Shown: positions 1 through 10,885, counted from the stretch's first letter. The stretch: DNA of 64,000 nt from an uncultured bacterium (GCA_964413425.1 CAYPST010000003.1:15336-79335); one strand, 5' to 3'. Numbers and translations: made by a program. Notes: generated by a model not told the origin, from the letters alone.

Positions 1-2
1 CG

Positions 3-161
3 GTTGCCGCAGGGGCAAATGGGATCTTCATGGAGGTCCATGACAATGTGGATAGGGCAAAAAGCGATGCCGCAACCCAGTGGCCACTGGAAAAAACTCG
101 AAGTCTCATTCAACAACTACACCACATATATTCTGTGATCACTGAGATGGAGGAATTGTGA
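3..161 (+). CDS. kdsA: 2-dehydro-3-deoxyphosphooctonate aldolase (KDO-8-phosphate synthase), C-terminal fragment; the gene starts upstream of the window
   Basis: Frame 3 translates to VAAGANGIFMEVHDNVDRAKSDAATQWPLEKTRSLIQQLHHIYSVITEMEEL*, which matches the conserved KdsA C-terminus (GxxGxFxExHxxPdxAxsDgpxxxPL). The stop at 159-161 overlaps the kdsC start by 4 nt. KdsA-kdsC-kdsD synteny supports the call. Confidence 0.6.
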   Translation, partial: VAAGANGIFMEVHDNVDRAKSDAATQWPLEKTRSLIQQLHHIYSVITEMEEL

Positions 162-718
162 GCAACACCGAGACAATAAAAGCGACAGCAAAGAATATCT
201 CACTTCTGGTGTGTGATGTCGACGGCGTGTTTACCGACGGATCTATTTATGTGGGAACCACCGGTGAATTTAAACGATTCAGCGTTCGGGACGGGATGGG
301 CGTCGCACTGGCACGGCTCACACCGTTGCGCATTGTCTTACTGAGCGGACGCACTTCCGAGGCGACAACCATCCGGGCGCGTGAGCTGGAGCTGGGCGAT
401 TATGTCTATCAAGGGTATCTGAATAAAATTGTGGCGCTCAAGGAAATACTGGAGCGGTTTCAGGTCTCTCGGGAACAAACAGCGTATGTCGGAGACGATT
501 ACGTCGATATTCCGGTGATGAAATCGGTCGGTCTTTCGTTTGCGGTTCCGAATGCCCGTTCGCAGGTGAAGGCGATTGCGGATTACACCCTGGAGACACC
601 GGGAGGGGAGGGAGCGGTGACCGAAACGATTGAGATCATTCTGGAGGCCCGGGGAGAGTTGGAGGAAGCGTTGGCGGAAATGGAACGTGATATCTACATG
701 GTTGATGAAACTCTATGA
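158..718 (+). CDS. kdsC: 3-deoxy-D-manno-octulosonate 8-phosphate phosphatase (HAD superfamily)
   Basis: GTG start. Carries the HAD motif I DVDGVFTDG, is KdsC-sized (186 aa), and sits between kdsA and kdsD with 4-nt overlaps on both sides. Confidence 0.85.
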   Translation: MSNTETIKATAKNISLLVCDVDGVFTDGSIYVGTTGEFKRFSVRDGMGVALARLTPLRIVLLSGRTSEATTIRARELELGDYVYQGYLNKIVALKEILERFQVSREQTAYVGDDYVDIPVMKSVGLSFAVPNARSQVKAIADYTLETPGGEGAVTETIEIILEARGELEEALAEMERDIYMVDETL

Positions 719-1692
719 CCGATGAGAGTGTATTACAAGACGGAAAGCGAGTAATTCGAGCAGCGCGAGAGGCGCTGGAAACACTGGAAGGCCGTCTGGG
801 AAATGAGTTTGTGCAGGCCGTCAACCTCATCCATGAGAGGAAAGGTCGAGTCATTGTGACCGGTGTGGGGAAATCCGGAGTCATCGCACGCAAACTGGCC
901 GCAACGCTGGCCAGCACAGGTACTCCGTCGAATTATCTGCATGCTGCTGAAGGCATCCATGGAGATTTGGGGATGATCACCGGAGATGAGTGCATTGTCG
1001 CATTATCGCACAGCGGCGAAACCGAAGAACTCCTGAAGTTACTGCCAGCTTTTCAGCGATTGGGGAATCCTCTGATTGCCATTACCGGCAGGCCTGATTC
1101 GACCCTCGCCAACCACGCCAGTATCGTACTGGATACCAGTGTGACCGAACAGGCCTGTCCGATGGGATTGGCGCCGACCACCAGCACCACCGTTATGCTG
1201 ACCATGGGCGATGCACTGGCAATCGCCTTGCTGGAAAAACGGGGCTTCCGGGAAGAAGACTATGCTTTTCTGCATCCCGGCGGATCACTTGGAAATAAAC
1301 TTTTACTCATGGTCAGCGATTTGATGCATACCGGAAAAGCCATTCCGGTGATAGAGGAGAATACGCTCATGCGGGAAGCGCTTTTCGAAATCACTTCCAA
1401 AGGATTGGGGGTCACCGGTGTGGTCGACTCGGAGTCGAATCTGGTGGGTGTGATTACCGATGGCGATCTCCGCCGGGGACTCGAGCAAAACAGCCGGATG
1501 CTGGAACAACCGGCGTTCACTATTATGACACGTGATCCCAAATGGATTTCCCGGAACTCGCTTGCTCAGAAAGCCCTGCATATGATGGAACAGTTTTCCA
1601 TTACCCAGTTGTTCGTCTTTGAAGAAGCACAACACGGGCCACCGATTGGGATTATCCATATACACGATATATTGAAGGCAGGGATTGCCTGA
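715..1692 (+). CDS. kdsD: arabinose-5-phosphate isomerase (SIS domain plus tandem CBS domains)
   Basis: SIS-domain motif VIVTGVGKSGVIARKLAATLASTGTPS and SHSGET are followed by two CBS-like repeats at the C-terminus. It overlaps kdsC by 4 nt (ATGA). Confidence 0.9.
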   Translation: MTDESVLQDGKRVIRAAREALETLEGRLGNEFVQAVNLIHERKGRVIVTGVGKSGVIARKLAATLASTGTPSNYLHAAEGIHGDLGMITGDECIVALSHSGETEELLKLLPAFQRLGNPLIAITGRPDSTLANHASIVLDTSVTEQACPMGLAPTTSTTVMLTMGDALAIALLEKRGFREEDYAFLHPGGSLGNKLLLMVSDLMHTGKAIPVIEENTLMREALFEITSKGLGVTGVVDSESNLVGVITDGDLRRGLEQNSRMLEQPAFTIMTRDPKWISRNSLAQKALHMMEQFSITQLFVFEEAQHGPPIGIIHIHDILKAGIA

Positions 1693-2225
1693 TGAAACGA
1701 ATCGCCGTAATATTGTTTGCTCTGTTCCTGGGCTCGCCGTTATTTCACTGCACCGATCCCGAGATCGAGGAGCAGCCCACCATCGCGGACCGGCCGAGTC
1801 AGGAACTGTGGGATTCGGACATTTACTTTACAAAATTAGGCACCACCAGTGCCATCGTCCATGCCGGGCATCTGGCCAAATTCGATGACAGGAGCCTGAT
1901 CATACTCAACCAGCGGGTGAAAGCAGATTTTTTTCAGGAGAACAAACATACTTCTACCCTTTTTGCCGATAGCGCTGTAATTTTGGAGAGAGACGTAATG
2001 CAAGCGTACGGCAACGTAAGAGTTGAATCCGACAGTGGAGTCATCTTAACCACAGAACAGCTTGCATATACCCAGGAAACTGAGAAAATTACCTCAGATA
2101 CGTTCGTGACCCTCACTTCGGAAGTGGATACGCTGCACGGCAAGGGATTCATCTCTGATCCGGATTTAAGTAACTGGACTATCAATGAACCGCATGGGAT
2201 TACCCGGCGGGAACTCGAAAAATAA
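1692..2225 (+). CDS. LptC/LptA-like (OstA-fold) LPS-transport protein with an N-terminal anchor or signal
   Basis: A 177-aa protein with a hydrophobic N-terminus (MKRIAVILFALFLGSPLFHC) sits exactly where lptC/lptA lies between kdsD and lptB in the conserved kdsDC-lptCAB-rpoN locus. Its stop overlaps the kdsD stop region. I cannot separate LptC from LptA by eye. Confidence 0.5.
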   Translation: MKRIAVILFALFLGSPLFHCTDPEIEEQPTIADRPSQELWDSDIYFTKLGTTSAIVHAGHLAKFDDRSLIILNQRVKADFFQENKHTSTLFADSAVILERDVMQAYGNVRVESDSGVILTTEQLAYTQETEKITSDTFVTLTSEVDTLHGKGFISDPDLSNWTINEPHGITRRELEK

Positions 2226-2231
2226 GAATTA

Positions 2232-2960
2232 ATGGCTGAAGTATTAGAAAGTAAAGATCTGGTGAAGGTTTACGGACGGCGGACTGTCGTCAGGGATGTC
2301 TCATTTCATGTGCATCGTGGTGAAATTGTAGGACTATTGGGTCCGAATGGTGCCGGTAAAACGACGTCCTTTTATATGGTGACCGGCATGATCAGCCCGG
2401 AACGGGGACGAGTGCTCCTGGACGGCGAGGATATCACCGGAGTGCCGATGTACAGACGGGCACGGAAGGGGATTGGGTACCTGTCACAGGAGCCTTCGGT
2501 GTTTCGAAAATTAACGGTAGAGCAAAATATTTTACTGGTGATGGAAATGCTGGGGTACGAAAAAGACGAGCGTTGTCGGCGGCTTGAGGAATTGCTGGAC
2601 GACTTGAAAATCAAGCATCTGCGCAAAAATCGGGCCGATTCGCTCTCCGGAGGAGAGCGACGGCGCACAGAGATAACTCGAGCTTTAGTTTCCCATCCGA
2701 GTTTTTTACTTTTGGATGAACCATTTGCAGGGGTGGATCCCATTGCGGTGGAAGATATTCAGAATATTGTCAAAGATTTGAAAAAACGGGGAATCGGCGT
2801 ATTGATTACGGATCATAACGTACGGGAAACGTTGTCGATTACAGACCGGGCGTATCTGATGTTTGAAGGACAAATTTTAAAAACCGGCTCCTCGGATTTT
2901 TTAGCAAACGATGAAGAAGCAAGAAAACTGTATTTAGGGAGAAAATTCAGACTTGATTGA
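2232..2960 (+). CDS. lptB: LPS export ABC transporter ATP-binding protein
   Basis: Walker [10 protein letters not shown], signature LSGGERRR, Walker [12 protein letters not shown], 242 aa. Lies immediately upstream of rpoN as in most Gram-negatives. Confidence 0.9.
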   Translation: MAEVLESKDLVKVYGRRTVVRDVSFHVHRGEIVGLLGPNGAGKTTSFYMVTGMISPERGRVLLDGEDITGVPMYRRARKGIGYLSQEPSVFRKLTVEQNILLVMEMLGYEKDERCRRLEELLDDLKIKHLRKNRADSLSGGERRRTEITRALVSHPSFLLLDEPFAGVDPIAVEDIQNIVKDLKKRGIGVLITDHNVRETLSITDRAYLMFEGQILKTGSSDFLANDEEARKLYLGRKFRLD

Positions 2961-4416
2961 TTTACGACAAACACAACATCAGGGATTAGAGCTGCGGCAG
3001 ACGCTCTCCCCACAGCAAATTCTGCTGTCTTCGCTTATTCAGCTGCCGATTGTGGCGCTGGAGCAGAAGATTAAAACCGAAATTGAGCAGAATCCGGTGT
3101 TAGAGATTGAGGAAGATATCACCGAGGAAGCCAAAGAGGAAACAGACGAGCTGGAAAGTGGTCCGGACGAAGCCGCCGGCAATGGAGAATCCGATGAGCC
3201 GCAGGAAGAAGAGGGAGATCTCGAAGCGGAGGAGATTGACTGGGATGAGATTTTAAATGATCCCGATGGGTTTGAGCCGCAGTATTCCGCATATAGCGGG
3301 CAAAAAGAGCATCCGGATCTCCCGAATCCGGAACGGCTGTCGTTGACCGATCACCTGCTGGAGCAAATCAACTTGCTGCAGTTCAACGAACTGGAACACG
3401 AAATCGCCGAGCAAATTATTTACAATATCGATGACGTCGGCTATCTCTCCTGTGATCTGGAAATTATTGCGGCAAACGTGAGTACGACGGTGGAACAAGT
3501 GGAGGAGGTGCTGAAAGAAATTCAGCATCTGGAGCCCCGGGGGATTGGAAGCCGGAATTTACGCGAATGCCTGCTCATTCAACTGGAAGATATGGTGGAA
3601 GAGAAGCCGGAAGCCGGCACCGCGTACGAAATCGTTGACAAATATTTTGAGGATTTCGCAAACAAACGATTTTCGAAGATCGAACAAAAAGGCGGATATT
3701 CCAGGGATCAACTGCGGCGTGCTCAGCAGGTGATTGAAAAATTAAATCCGAAACCCGGTGAAGGGCTCATCGATCCGGAAACCAATTATATTGTTCCGGA
3801 TCTCATTGTCGAACGCGTGGACGGCGAATTTATCATCAGCCTGAATGATGGGAATATCCCCAAGCTGCAACTGAGTAATTATTATCTCTCCCTCTATCAG
3901 AAAGGCAAAAAATCCGGGGACAAGGAGACCCGGGATTTCTTGAAGAAGAAGATTGACTCTGCCCGATGGTTTATCAACAGTATTCATCAGCGTCGCACTA
4001 CCATGCTTCGGGTGATGCAGGCCATCGTAAACCGGCAGTATGACTTCTTTGACAAGGGCAAAGAGTACCTGAAGCCCATGATTCTGAAAGACATTGCAGA
4101 AGATGTCGATATGGATATCTCCACTATCAGCAGGGTGACCAACGGGAAATACGTCCAGACGGAACGCGGGGTATTTGAATTAAAATACTTCTTCACGGAA
4201 AGTATAAAAACCGATAATGGCGAAGTCTCGAATCGGGTTATTAAAGACCGGATCAAAGAAATTATCGAAGAGGAAGATAAACAGAGCCCATTAAGTGATA
4301 GTAAGATTGCCAGGAAGTTACGGGAAGAAGATTACAACATCGCACGCCGCACCGTGGCAAAATACCGGGAACAAATGAATATTCCCGTCGCAAGATTACG
4401 GCGTGAATTGGAGTAA
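2953..4416 (+). CDS. rpoN: RNA polymerase sigma-54 factor
   Basis: The C-terminal RpoN box [10 protein letters not shown] is present. There is an acidic Glu/Asp-rich linker after the Gln/Leu-rich N-terminal activator-interaction region. TTG start overlaps the lptB stop. Confidence 0.9.
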   Translation: MIDLRQTQHQGLELRQTLSPQQILLSSLIQLPIVALEQKIKTEIEQNPVLEIEEDITEEAKEETDELESGPDEAAGNGESDEPQEEEGDLEAEEIDWDEILNDPDGFEPQYSAYSGQKEHPDLPNPERLSLTDHLLEQINLLQFNELEHEIAEQIIYNIDDVGYLSCDLEIIAANVSTTVEQVEEVLKEIQHLEPRGIGSRNLRECLLIQLEDMVEEKPEAGTAYEIVDKYFEDFANKRFSKIEQKGGYSRDQLRRAQQVIEKLNPKPGEGLIDPETNYIVPDLIVERVDGEFIISLNDGNIPKLQLSNYYLSLYQKGKKSGDKETRDFLKKKIDSARWFINSIHQRRTTMLRVMQAIVNRQYDFFDKGKEYLKPMILKDIAEDVDMDISTISRVTNGKYVQTERGVFELKYFFTESIKTDNGEVSNRVIKDRIKEIIEEEDKQSPLSDSKIARKLREEDYNIARRTVAKYREQMNIPVARLRRELE

Positions 4417-4512
4417 TGGATTAACATTATCAGATTCACAGGGAAACTGCTGGCAGCAGGCAATCAAAGCGACACATCCTCATTTAGATTTTTCATTTTT
4501 GTTTACCCATTC

Positions 4513-4533
4513 CTTTCCCGAAGGGATTCTTCG
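4513..4533. repeat. short hairpin-forming repeat, copy A (ctttcccgaagggattcttcg)
   Basis: The 21-nt sequence recurs at 4644-4664 with one substitution. It contains the inverted repeat cgaag-ggatt-cttcg. A related motif (ccgaagg-gatg-ccttcgg) occurs inside the MITE-like elements. Confidence 0.45.
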
Positions 4534-4643
4534 AACTTACTTCAGTCAAAAATCGGCTGTATATTACATTTATTGCAAGATTCACGGGAATCCGATGATA
4601 AATCGAATGGTGTCAGGGCAATCTTGCAGGCAGGGAGAATTGA

Positions 4644-4664
4644 TCTTTCCCGAAGGGATTCGTC
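4644..4664. repeat. short hairpin-forming repeat, copy B (ctttcccgaagggattcgtcg)
   Basis: Direct repeat of 4513-4533, lying 16 nt upstream of the hslV start codon. Confidence 0.45.
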
Positions 4665-4679
4665 GGATAAGGAGCGATT

Positions 4680-5225
4680 ATGAATCGACAATATCATGGG
4701 ACGACAATTGTTGGTCTCAGAAAAAATGGCCAATCTGCCATTGGGGGAGACGGGCAGGTGACCATGAGGGACACGGCCACCAAGCATAAAGCTGTGAAAG
4801 TGCGGAGACTCTATAACGATAAGGTTCTGGCCGGATTTGCCGGTGCGTCGGCTGATGCCTTTACCCTGTTTGAAAAGTTTGAAGGCAGGCTGGAGCAGTA
4901 CAAAGGGAATCTGTACCGCGCGGCCGTTGAACTGGCAAAAGAATGGCGAACAGATAAATTTTTGCGGCGCCTGGAAGCCTTACTGGCCGTGATGAATACA
5001 GAGGCCGCGCTGATTATCTCCGGGAACGGCGATGTGATCGAGCCTGACGATAACATCGTGGCTATCGGCAGCGGCGGGAATTATGCACTTGCCGCGGCGC
5101 GGGCCTTTAACGAATGTCTGGACCTCACTGCCGAAGAGATCGTGCGCCGCAGCCTGGAAATCGCGGCTGATATTTGTGTGTATACTAACAAAAACATAAC
5201 GGTACTGACATTAAACAATGAATGA
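4680..5225 (+). CDS. hslV: ATP-dependent protease subunit HslV
   Basis: The N-terminal GTTIVG motif supplies the catalytic Thr after Met removal. The protein is 181 aa and is followed by hslU with an 8-nt overlap. Confidence 0.9.
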   Translation: MNRQYHGTTIVGLRKNGQSAIGGDGQVTMRDTATKHKAVKVRRLYNDKVLAGFAGASADAFTLFEKFEGRLEQYKGNLYRAAVELAKEWRTDKFLRRLEALLAVMNTEAALIISGNGDVIEPDDNIVAIGSGGNYALAAARAFNECLDLTAEEIVRRSLEIAADICVYTNKNITVLTLNNE

Positions 5226-6588
5226 ACAATTACAATCTGAAGGACGAGAGTTAAGACCGGCTGAAATTGTAGCGGAACTGGACCGGTACATTGTGGGCCA
5301 GGAAAAGGCAAAGAAATCGGTGGCCATTGCGCTCCGCAACCGGTGGCGCCGGCAGCAGGTGAGAGGAGATCTGCGGGAAGAAATTCTTCCGAACAATATC
5401 ATTTTAATCGGACCGACTGGTGTAGGAAAAACCGAAATCGCCCGGCGGGTCTCGAATTTAGCGAATGCACCATTTCTGAAAGTCGAGGCGTCCAAGTTTA
5501 CGGAAGTGGGGTATGTGGGACGAGATGTGGAAAGTATGATCCGGGATCTGACCAATATTGCGGTGAACATGGTGAAATCGGAACACGAAAGTCGCGTGCA
5601 GGAACAAGCCGCCAGGCAAGCAAATGAGCGCATCCTGGACCTGTTAATTCCACCCGGACCGAGTCGAGGGAGCGATGAGGAAGAAGTATTGGATGAACGG
5701 AGACAGAAAACCAGAGAACGGTTTCGGGAACGCCTGAAAGCCGGCGATTTTGAAGATCGAATGGTCGAAATCAAAGTGCAGGATGACAGCACGCCGGTCA
5801 TGCAGATATTCGGTTCTACCGGGCTGGAAGAAATGGGCTTGAATCTCCAGGACATGCTCGGCAATATGATGCCTTCCAAAAAGAAAACCCGGAAAACCAC
5901 CGTATCGGAAGCGCGGGAGATCTTAACCCAGGAAGAAGCCGGCAAACTCATTGATATGGATAAAGTGATAAGTGAAGCCCTGCAGCGGGTGGAAAATTCC
6001 GGGATTATTTTCCTGGACGAGATCGATAAGATCGCCGGCGGCGAAGGCAGGAAGAGCGGACAGGCCGACGTCTCCCGGGAAGGGGTGCAACGGGATATCT
6101 TACCCATCGTGGAAGGGTCCACCGTTATGACGAAATATGGCATGGTCAAAACAGACCACATCCTTTTTATCGCCGCCGGGGCATTCCATATGACCAAGCC
6201 TGCGGACCTGATTCCTGAGCTGCAGGGGCGGTTTCCTATCCGGGTCGAGCTGAATAGCCTGACCACGGAAGATTTTGTGAAGATACTGACCCATCCTGAA
6301 AATGCTCTGCTGAAGCAGTATCATGCGCTGTTATCCACAGAAGGCTTCGAGCTGGAATTTTCCGAAGATGCTATCCAGGCGGTAGCGGAGATTGCGACCG
6401 AAGTGAATGAGACCACTGAAAATATCGGAGCACGGCGATTGCATACGGTTATGAATTTGCTGCTGGAAGACCTGCAATTTGATTTGCCAAACAGTGCGAT
6501 GGAGTCAATGCGGGTGACCGCCGAGTTTGTGTATGATAAACTCCGTGATGTTGTGGAAGATAAAGATCTGACGCGATATATACTCTGA
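5218..6588 (+). CDS. hslU: ATP-dependent protease ATPase subunit HslU
   Basis: Walker [14 protein letters not shown], the AAA+ I-domain and sensor motifs are present, and the protein is 456 aa. Confidence 0.9.
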   Translation: MNEQLQSEGRELRPAEIVAELDRYIVGQEKAKKSVAIALRNRWRRQQVRGDLREEILPNNIILIGPTGVGKTEIARRVSNLANAPFLKVEASKFTEVGYVGRDVESMIRDLTNIAVNMVKSEHESRVQEQAARQANERILDLLIPPGPSRGSDEEEVLDERRQKTRERFRERLKAGDFEDRMVEIKVQDDSTPVMQIFGSTGLEEMGLNLQDMLGNMMPSKKKTRKTTVSEAREILTQEEAGKLIDMDKVISEALQRVENSGIIFLDEIDKIAGGEGRKSGQADVSREGVQRDILPIVEGSTVMTKYGMVKTDHILFIAAGAFHMTKPADLIPELQGRFPIRVELNSLTTEDFVKILTHPENALLKQYHALLSTEGFELEFSEDAIQAVAEIATEVNETTENIGARRLHTVMNLLLEDLQFDLPNSAMESMRVTAEFVYDKLRDVVEDKDLTRYIL

Positions 6589-6599
6589 ATGAAGCCGGA

Positions 6600-7580
6600 G
6601 TGGAGTCGGTACGATTGGATACCAGAGTAGATGAACTATCAAACGATGAGGGAAGGATCTTGAACAAGGATTTTCTGGCTATTACGGACTTAACCCGGGA
6701 AGAGATTCTGCAGATTTTCGATATTGCGAAAGTCCTGAAAGAGGAAATAAAACAGGGGGTGACTCATCACCGGCTGTCGGGACAAACGCTGGCAATGATC
6801 TTCGCGAAACCGTCTGCCCGTACCCGGGTCTCATTTGAAACCGGGATGTATCAGCTCGGCGGACATGCTCTCTATCTGTCACCTTCCGACATCGGCATTG
6901 GAGAACGCGAAGCCATCAAGGATGTGGCACAGGTGCTCTCACGGTACAATAACGGAATTATGGCCCGGTTATTCGATCATGCCCACATGGAAGCACTTGC
7001 CAGATATGCTGCTGTTCCGGTCATTAACGGCCTCACCGATTACAACCATCCCTGCCAGGTGATGGCCGATATTTTTACCGTGCTGGAAAGCCGGGGCCAT
7101 TTAAAGGAATTAACAGTGGCATTTGTCGGCGATGGGAACAATGTTGCCAATTCCTGGATCAATCTGGCAGCCCGGCTTCCGATGCACTTCATACTTGCCG
7201 CACCCTCCGGGTATGAACCCGACGAAGCGACAGTGGAAAATGCGCGGAAGGAGGGGCTGAGTACCATCGAAGTAATGCGGAATCCGAAAGAGGCAGTCAC
7301 CAATGCAGACATTATTTATACCGACGTGTGGGCAAGCATGGGCCAGGAATCAGAGAGGGTACAACGCCGGCAGGATTTGCTCCCGTTTCAGGTGAACGGA
7401 AAACTGCTCTCTTTTGCTAAGAAAACCTGCGTTGTAATGCATTGTCTGCCCGCACACCGGGGTGAGGAAATCACCGATGAGGTCATAGACGGTCCGCAAT
7501 CCATTGTGTTCAACCAGGCGGAAAACCGTATGCATATCCAAAAGGCTATTTTAGTCCGACTCATGGAGAAGAAGCACTAG
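6600..7580 (+). CDS. argF: ornithine carbamoyltransferase
   Basis: Carbamoyl-phosphate binding motif SARTR(VSFE) and ornithine-binding motif HCLPAHRGEE. The start is uncertain: GTG at 6600, or TTG at 6660 preceded by GAGGGAAGG. Confidence 0.8.
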   Translation: MESVRLDTRVDELSNDEGRILNKDFLAITDLTREEILQIFDIAKVLKEEIKQGVTHHRLSGQTLAMIFAKPSARTRVSFETGMYQLGGHALYLSPSDIGIGEREAIKDVAQVLSRYNNGIMARLFDHAHMEALARYAAVPVINGLTDYNHPCQVMADIFTVLESRGHLKELTVAFVGDGNNVANSWINLAARLPMHFILAAPSGYEPDEATVENARKEGLSTIEVMRNPKEAVTNADIIYTDVWASMGQESERVQRRQDLLPFQVNGKLLSFAKKTCVVMHCLPAHRGEEITDEVIDGPQSIVFNQAENRMHIQKAILVRLMEKKH

Positions 7581-8250
7581 CTCCGGGCTCTCCTTCCGAT
7601 GTTGAGATTTTGCGCAGGCCGTTCATGTATCTTTCACTCGAATGACCTTATGCTTCGTTATTTATACGTACAGAACAATCTCGAATTCCACCGGGAAAGG
7701 AGGGGGCGATATTTTTCGTTGATTGTGGCAGTGAGCCAACGGCATACATTTGACCGCCGATTCGATTCCGGGGTGTCTTTTTGGCTCCTCCCGATCCGGT
7801 CATAGCTAGTGTATATCCTCTACGGAAAGGGGCAGCTCATTTGCGGCAAAGACATGCAAGCAGTAACCAAAACCCCGGATATCTTGGCAATTTTTGAACG
7901 AATCTAGCATGGAATCTGAACATCATATCCACCTTCCCTTGTTGATGCGAGAATATGAGATAAAAAAAGTAAATGTTTTTTTCTCGCCGTCGATAATAAT
8001 AAAAAAATAAGCTGCTATTAGCCTATATTTGCGGTTAGCAACGCCGGTGTGGCAAGAGGGTATCGCATCAATTTTGCCTGCTGCTGGATGCTGTTCAGAA
8101 GTGCCGGATTGGTACCGGAGCTCATGTTTATTGAAATTATACAGTCTACACCTGCTGCAGTCAAATGGAGGATTGAATCCGTGAGTACACTAATAGTCAA
8201 TTTTCCTCTATCATGTCATATAATATCACAGCAATCGAGGATGAAGTGGC

Positions 8251-9144
8251 ATGGAAATCAGTGAAAAACACAAACAGGAGAGCATCGATGAAATAATAGA
8301 TTTGGTAAATAGTTCATATATCTCTTCCATCGAGAAGGTTGTCACAGAAATCATTCGGGTGATAAATGACTCGCGTTCCTCGGCGAAAGATCTGAAAGAA
8401 ATTATTGAAGTAGATCCCCCTCTGACCGGAAAAGTGCTCAGGAGAGCGAATTCCGCTTTTTATGCGAGGCGGCGCCGGATCAGTGAAATTCAGCAGGCTA
8501 TCATTCTTATCGGATTCGACACTGTGAAGGATTTGGCTCTCAGTCAGAAAGTGTATGAACTATTCACGAATGACATCACAATCTATGGATATTCCCGTAT
8601 TTCGTTGTGGAAGCATAGCGTGGCTGTAGCGCTGTTAGTGAAGATGATTTATCGGCGGGAATATGGTGAACGCGGCGATAATGCCTATGCGGCAGGCTTA
8701 CTTCACACCTTGGGAATTATCATAGAGGATCAATTTTTACATGACCGGTTTGTTGAGATATTAAAACTCAGTAAGACTGAAGAAAAAAATCTGGATGAGT
8801 TAGAAGATGAGATTTTTGGATTTAATAATGCTGAAATTGGCAGGGCTATTACGGATACCTGGGATTTGCCCGTGGAACTCGTCACAGCAATCGGGTACCA
8901 TCATCAGCCGGGGAGAGTGCATTCAAAATACGCGAAGATTACGAAAACACTCTTTATTGCAGACTATATCTGCCAGAGACTACAGTTGGGATATTCCCAT
9001 TCACCGTTTCACGAGGATTCTTCGTTTCAATCGTATCTTGAAGAAATGGATATCCGGGATAAGGCGCTGGAGTATATCATCAACGAAGTCCAACTCCAGG
9101 TGAAAAAAATGGAAAAAGAAGGTTGGTTCCAAAATGTTGCCTGA
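8251..9144 (+). CDS. HDOD domain signalling protein (stand-alone)
   Basis: HDOD-like pattern: PPLTGKVLRRANSAFY ... LWKHSVAVA ... GLLHTLGIII ... GYHHQ. It is 297 aa and paralogous (roughly 45% identity by eye) to 11004-11900. Confidence 0.8.
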   Translation: MEISEKHKQESIDEIIDLVNSSYISSIEKVVTEIIRVINDSRSSAKDLKEIIEVDPPLTGKVLRRANSAFYARRRRISEIQQAIILIGFDTVKDLALSQKVYELFTNDITIYGYSRISLWKHSVAVALLVKMIYRREYGERGDNAYAAGLLHTLGIIIEDQFLHDRFVEILKLSKTEEKNLDELEDEIFGFNNAEIGRAITDTWDLPVELVTAIGYHHQPGRVHSKYAKITKTLFIADYICQRLQLGYSHSPFHEDSSFQSYLEEMDIRDKALEYIINEVQLQVKKMEKEGWFQNVA

Positions 9145-10885
9145 GCAGCAAACCAAAGATCAGGTTATTGCAGAGTTGAGGGAACAGGTCGAAGATCTGC
9201 AAATTCAGGTGAAGCATTTGTCCAATGATCTTCGGTTGACCAAGACCGAATATGAAACCACTACCAGCAAATATTTTGAGATCTATTCGAAGATGGAGAA
9301 AATCGTCGAGGAACGAACCGAAGAGCTGCAGGAATCCCAGAAGATACTGGAGCAGAAGGGTCGTGAGCTGCAGATCATGCTGGATTCCTCTCCTGCCCTC
9401 ATCTATTACAAGGATACCCAACACCGGTTTATCCGGGTCAATAAAATGTTTGCGGATGTCCTCGGTGTACCCGTAACCGAGATTGTCGGGAAATCCTATA
9501 CCGAACTCTTCCCGCAGAAAGTTGATCATGGATTTCAGGATGATGTGGAGGTGATACGAAACGAAGAGCCGATTCTCAATAAGACCGATTTCCTGGAGAC
9601 GGCAACCGATACCCGCGAAATTCGGATTGATAAGATCCCCTATAAGGACACGAACGGAGAGGTCATCGGAATCATTGGCTTTGCATTGGATATCACTGAT
9701 TTAAAAAAGGCGGAATCTGAGAAGAAGGAGTTGGAGGAGCAGCTCAGTCAGGCACAAAAGCTGGAGTCTATCGGGGTATTGGCCGGGGGCATTGCGCATG
9801 ATTTTAATAATGTGATGGCGATTGTTTCAGGCGCTGCCCAAATGCTGGAGATGAAGGTTCAGGATCACTCGCTCCAGCCCTACCTGGACATGATCACTTC
9901 CAGTATCACCCGGGGGAAGTCCATTACTGACCGGTTGCTCACCTTCGCGCGCGCAGATTCCATGGAATTTCAAATCCTTTCAGCCAATAAATCGCTGGAG
10001 AGTACATTTGAAATCGCGACCCATACCTTATCCAAAGATATTGACATCCATGTGATTCCCTATGAGGGGAACGATTTAATCATTGGTGATCCTGCGTATC
10101 TCCAGCAAGTCCTTCTGAATATCTGTATAAACGCGGCAGACGCAATGCCGGAAGGCGGCGAACTGACCCTGGCCCTCGGCGAAGCCCCGGAATCTATGGT
10201 ACGGCAGTATCAGCCCGATTCGGAAAATGACTTTCTCTGCATAAGTGTGACTGATAACGGCCATGGCATCAGAGAAGAATCGTTGGAGCGAATCTTTGAA
10301 CCATTTTATACCACCAAAGAACCCGGGAAGGGAACCGGATTGGGACTCTCGGTGGCCTATAAAATTATGCAACGGCATCACGGCTGGATTGACGTCCAAA
10401 GCGAAATCAACCAGGGAACGACGGTGAATTTGGGCCTTCCCCGGGCGCCGGAGTCGGCACGAACAGAGGAAATTGGCGATTTCATCGAAAGTTCTCTGGG
10501 CAACGGCGAGAATATCTTGTTAGTCGACGATGAAGAATCCCTTCGGAATCTGCTCTGTGAGCGATTAAGAATGAATGGGTATCACATTAATGTTGCTGCC
10601 AACGGGGAAGATGCTCTCAAAATGTGTAAAGAGATGAATGGTGACCTCGATTTAATTATTACCGACATCAAAATGCCGAAAATTGGAGGAATTAGCTTAC
10701 AGAAACATCTGAAAAACCTGATGCCCCATGTTCCCACTGTGGCAATCACCGGGATCGTGGAACGGCACAAATTGGAAGAAGCCGGAGGGTTACAGTTTGA
10801 CGCTGTCCTTCAGAAACCACTGAATATCCGGGAATTGTTAGATACCATTCGACGCGTGCTAAAGCAGAACCGTAAGCAAGGTTAA
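9134..10885 (+). CDS. hybrid sensor histidine kinase / response regulator with PAS domain (cytoplasmic)
   Basis: An N-terminal coiled coil is followed by a PAS domain (SPALIYYKDTQHRFIRVN), HisKA (GGIAHDFNNVM, H-box), HATPase_c (N, G1, G2 boxes: DNGHGI, GTGLGL) and a C-terminal receiver (LLVDDE...DLIITDIKMPKIGG). No TM segment. Confidence 0.85.
   Translation: MLPEQQTKDQVIAELREQVEDLQIQVKHLSNDLRLTKTEYETTTSKYFEIYSKMEKIVEERTEELQESQKILEQKGRELQIMLDSSPALIYYKDTQHRFIRVNKMFADVLGVPVTEIVGKSYTELFPQKVDHGFQDDVEVIRNEEPILNKTDFLETATDTREIRIDKIPYKDTNGEVIGIIGFALDITDLKKAESEKKELEEQLSQAQKLESIGVLAGGIAHDFNNVMAIVSGAAQMLEMKVQDHSLQPYLDMITSSITRGKSITDRLLTFARADSMEFQILSANKSLESTFEIATHTLSKDIDIHVIPYEGNDLIIGDPAYLQQVLLNICINAADAMPEGGELTLALGEAPESMVRQYQPDSENDFLCISVTDNGHGIREESLERIFEPFYTTKEPGKGTGLGLSVAYKIMQRHHGWIDVQSEINQGTTVNLGLPRAPESARTEEIGDFIESSLGNGENILLVDDEESLRNLLCERLRMNGYHINVAANGEDALKMCKEMNGDLDLIITDIKMPKIGGISLQKHLKNLMPHVPTVAITGIVERHKLEEAGGLQFDAVLQKPLNIRELLDTIRRVLKQNRKQG

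Noticed and set aside
4600-4640. Possible sigma-54 -24/-12 promoter (GGCAatcTTGCA) upstream of hslV
   Set aside because: The GG-to-GC spacing is 7 nt instead of the required 10. It does not fit the TGGCAC-N5-TTGCA consensus.
5211-6266. 351-aa minus-strand ORF antisense to hslU (similar long antisense ORFs: 18085-19173 opposite the CRTAC1 gene, 28713-29519 opposite an oxidoreductase, 62746-63825 opposite the DeoR and E2 genes)
   Set aside because: All lie opposite genes with unambiguous homology, have Ser/Arg/Pro-rich low-complexity composition typical of antisense frames in GC-moderate DNA, and have no start or RBS context.
7740-7800. tRNA-like T-loop motif (gattcgattccggg) in the argF-HDOD spacer
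   Set aside because: The flanking bases do not form a 5-bp T-stem, there is no acceptor stem or CCA context, and no D or anticodon arm could be built. Probably chance.
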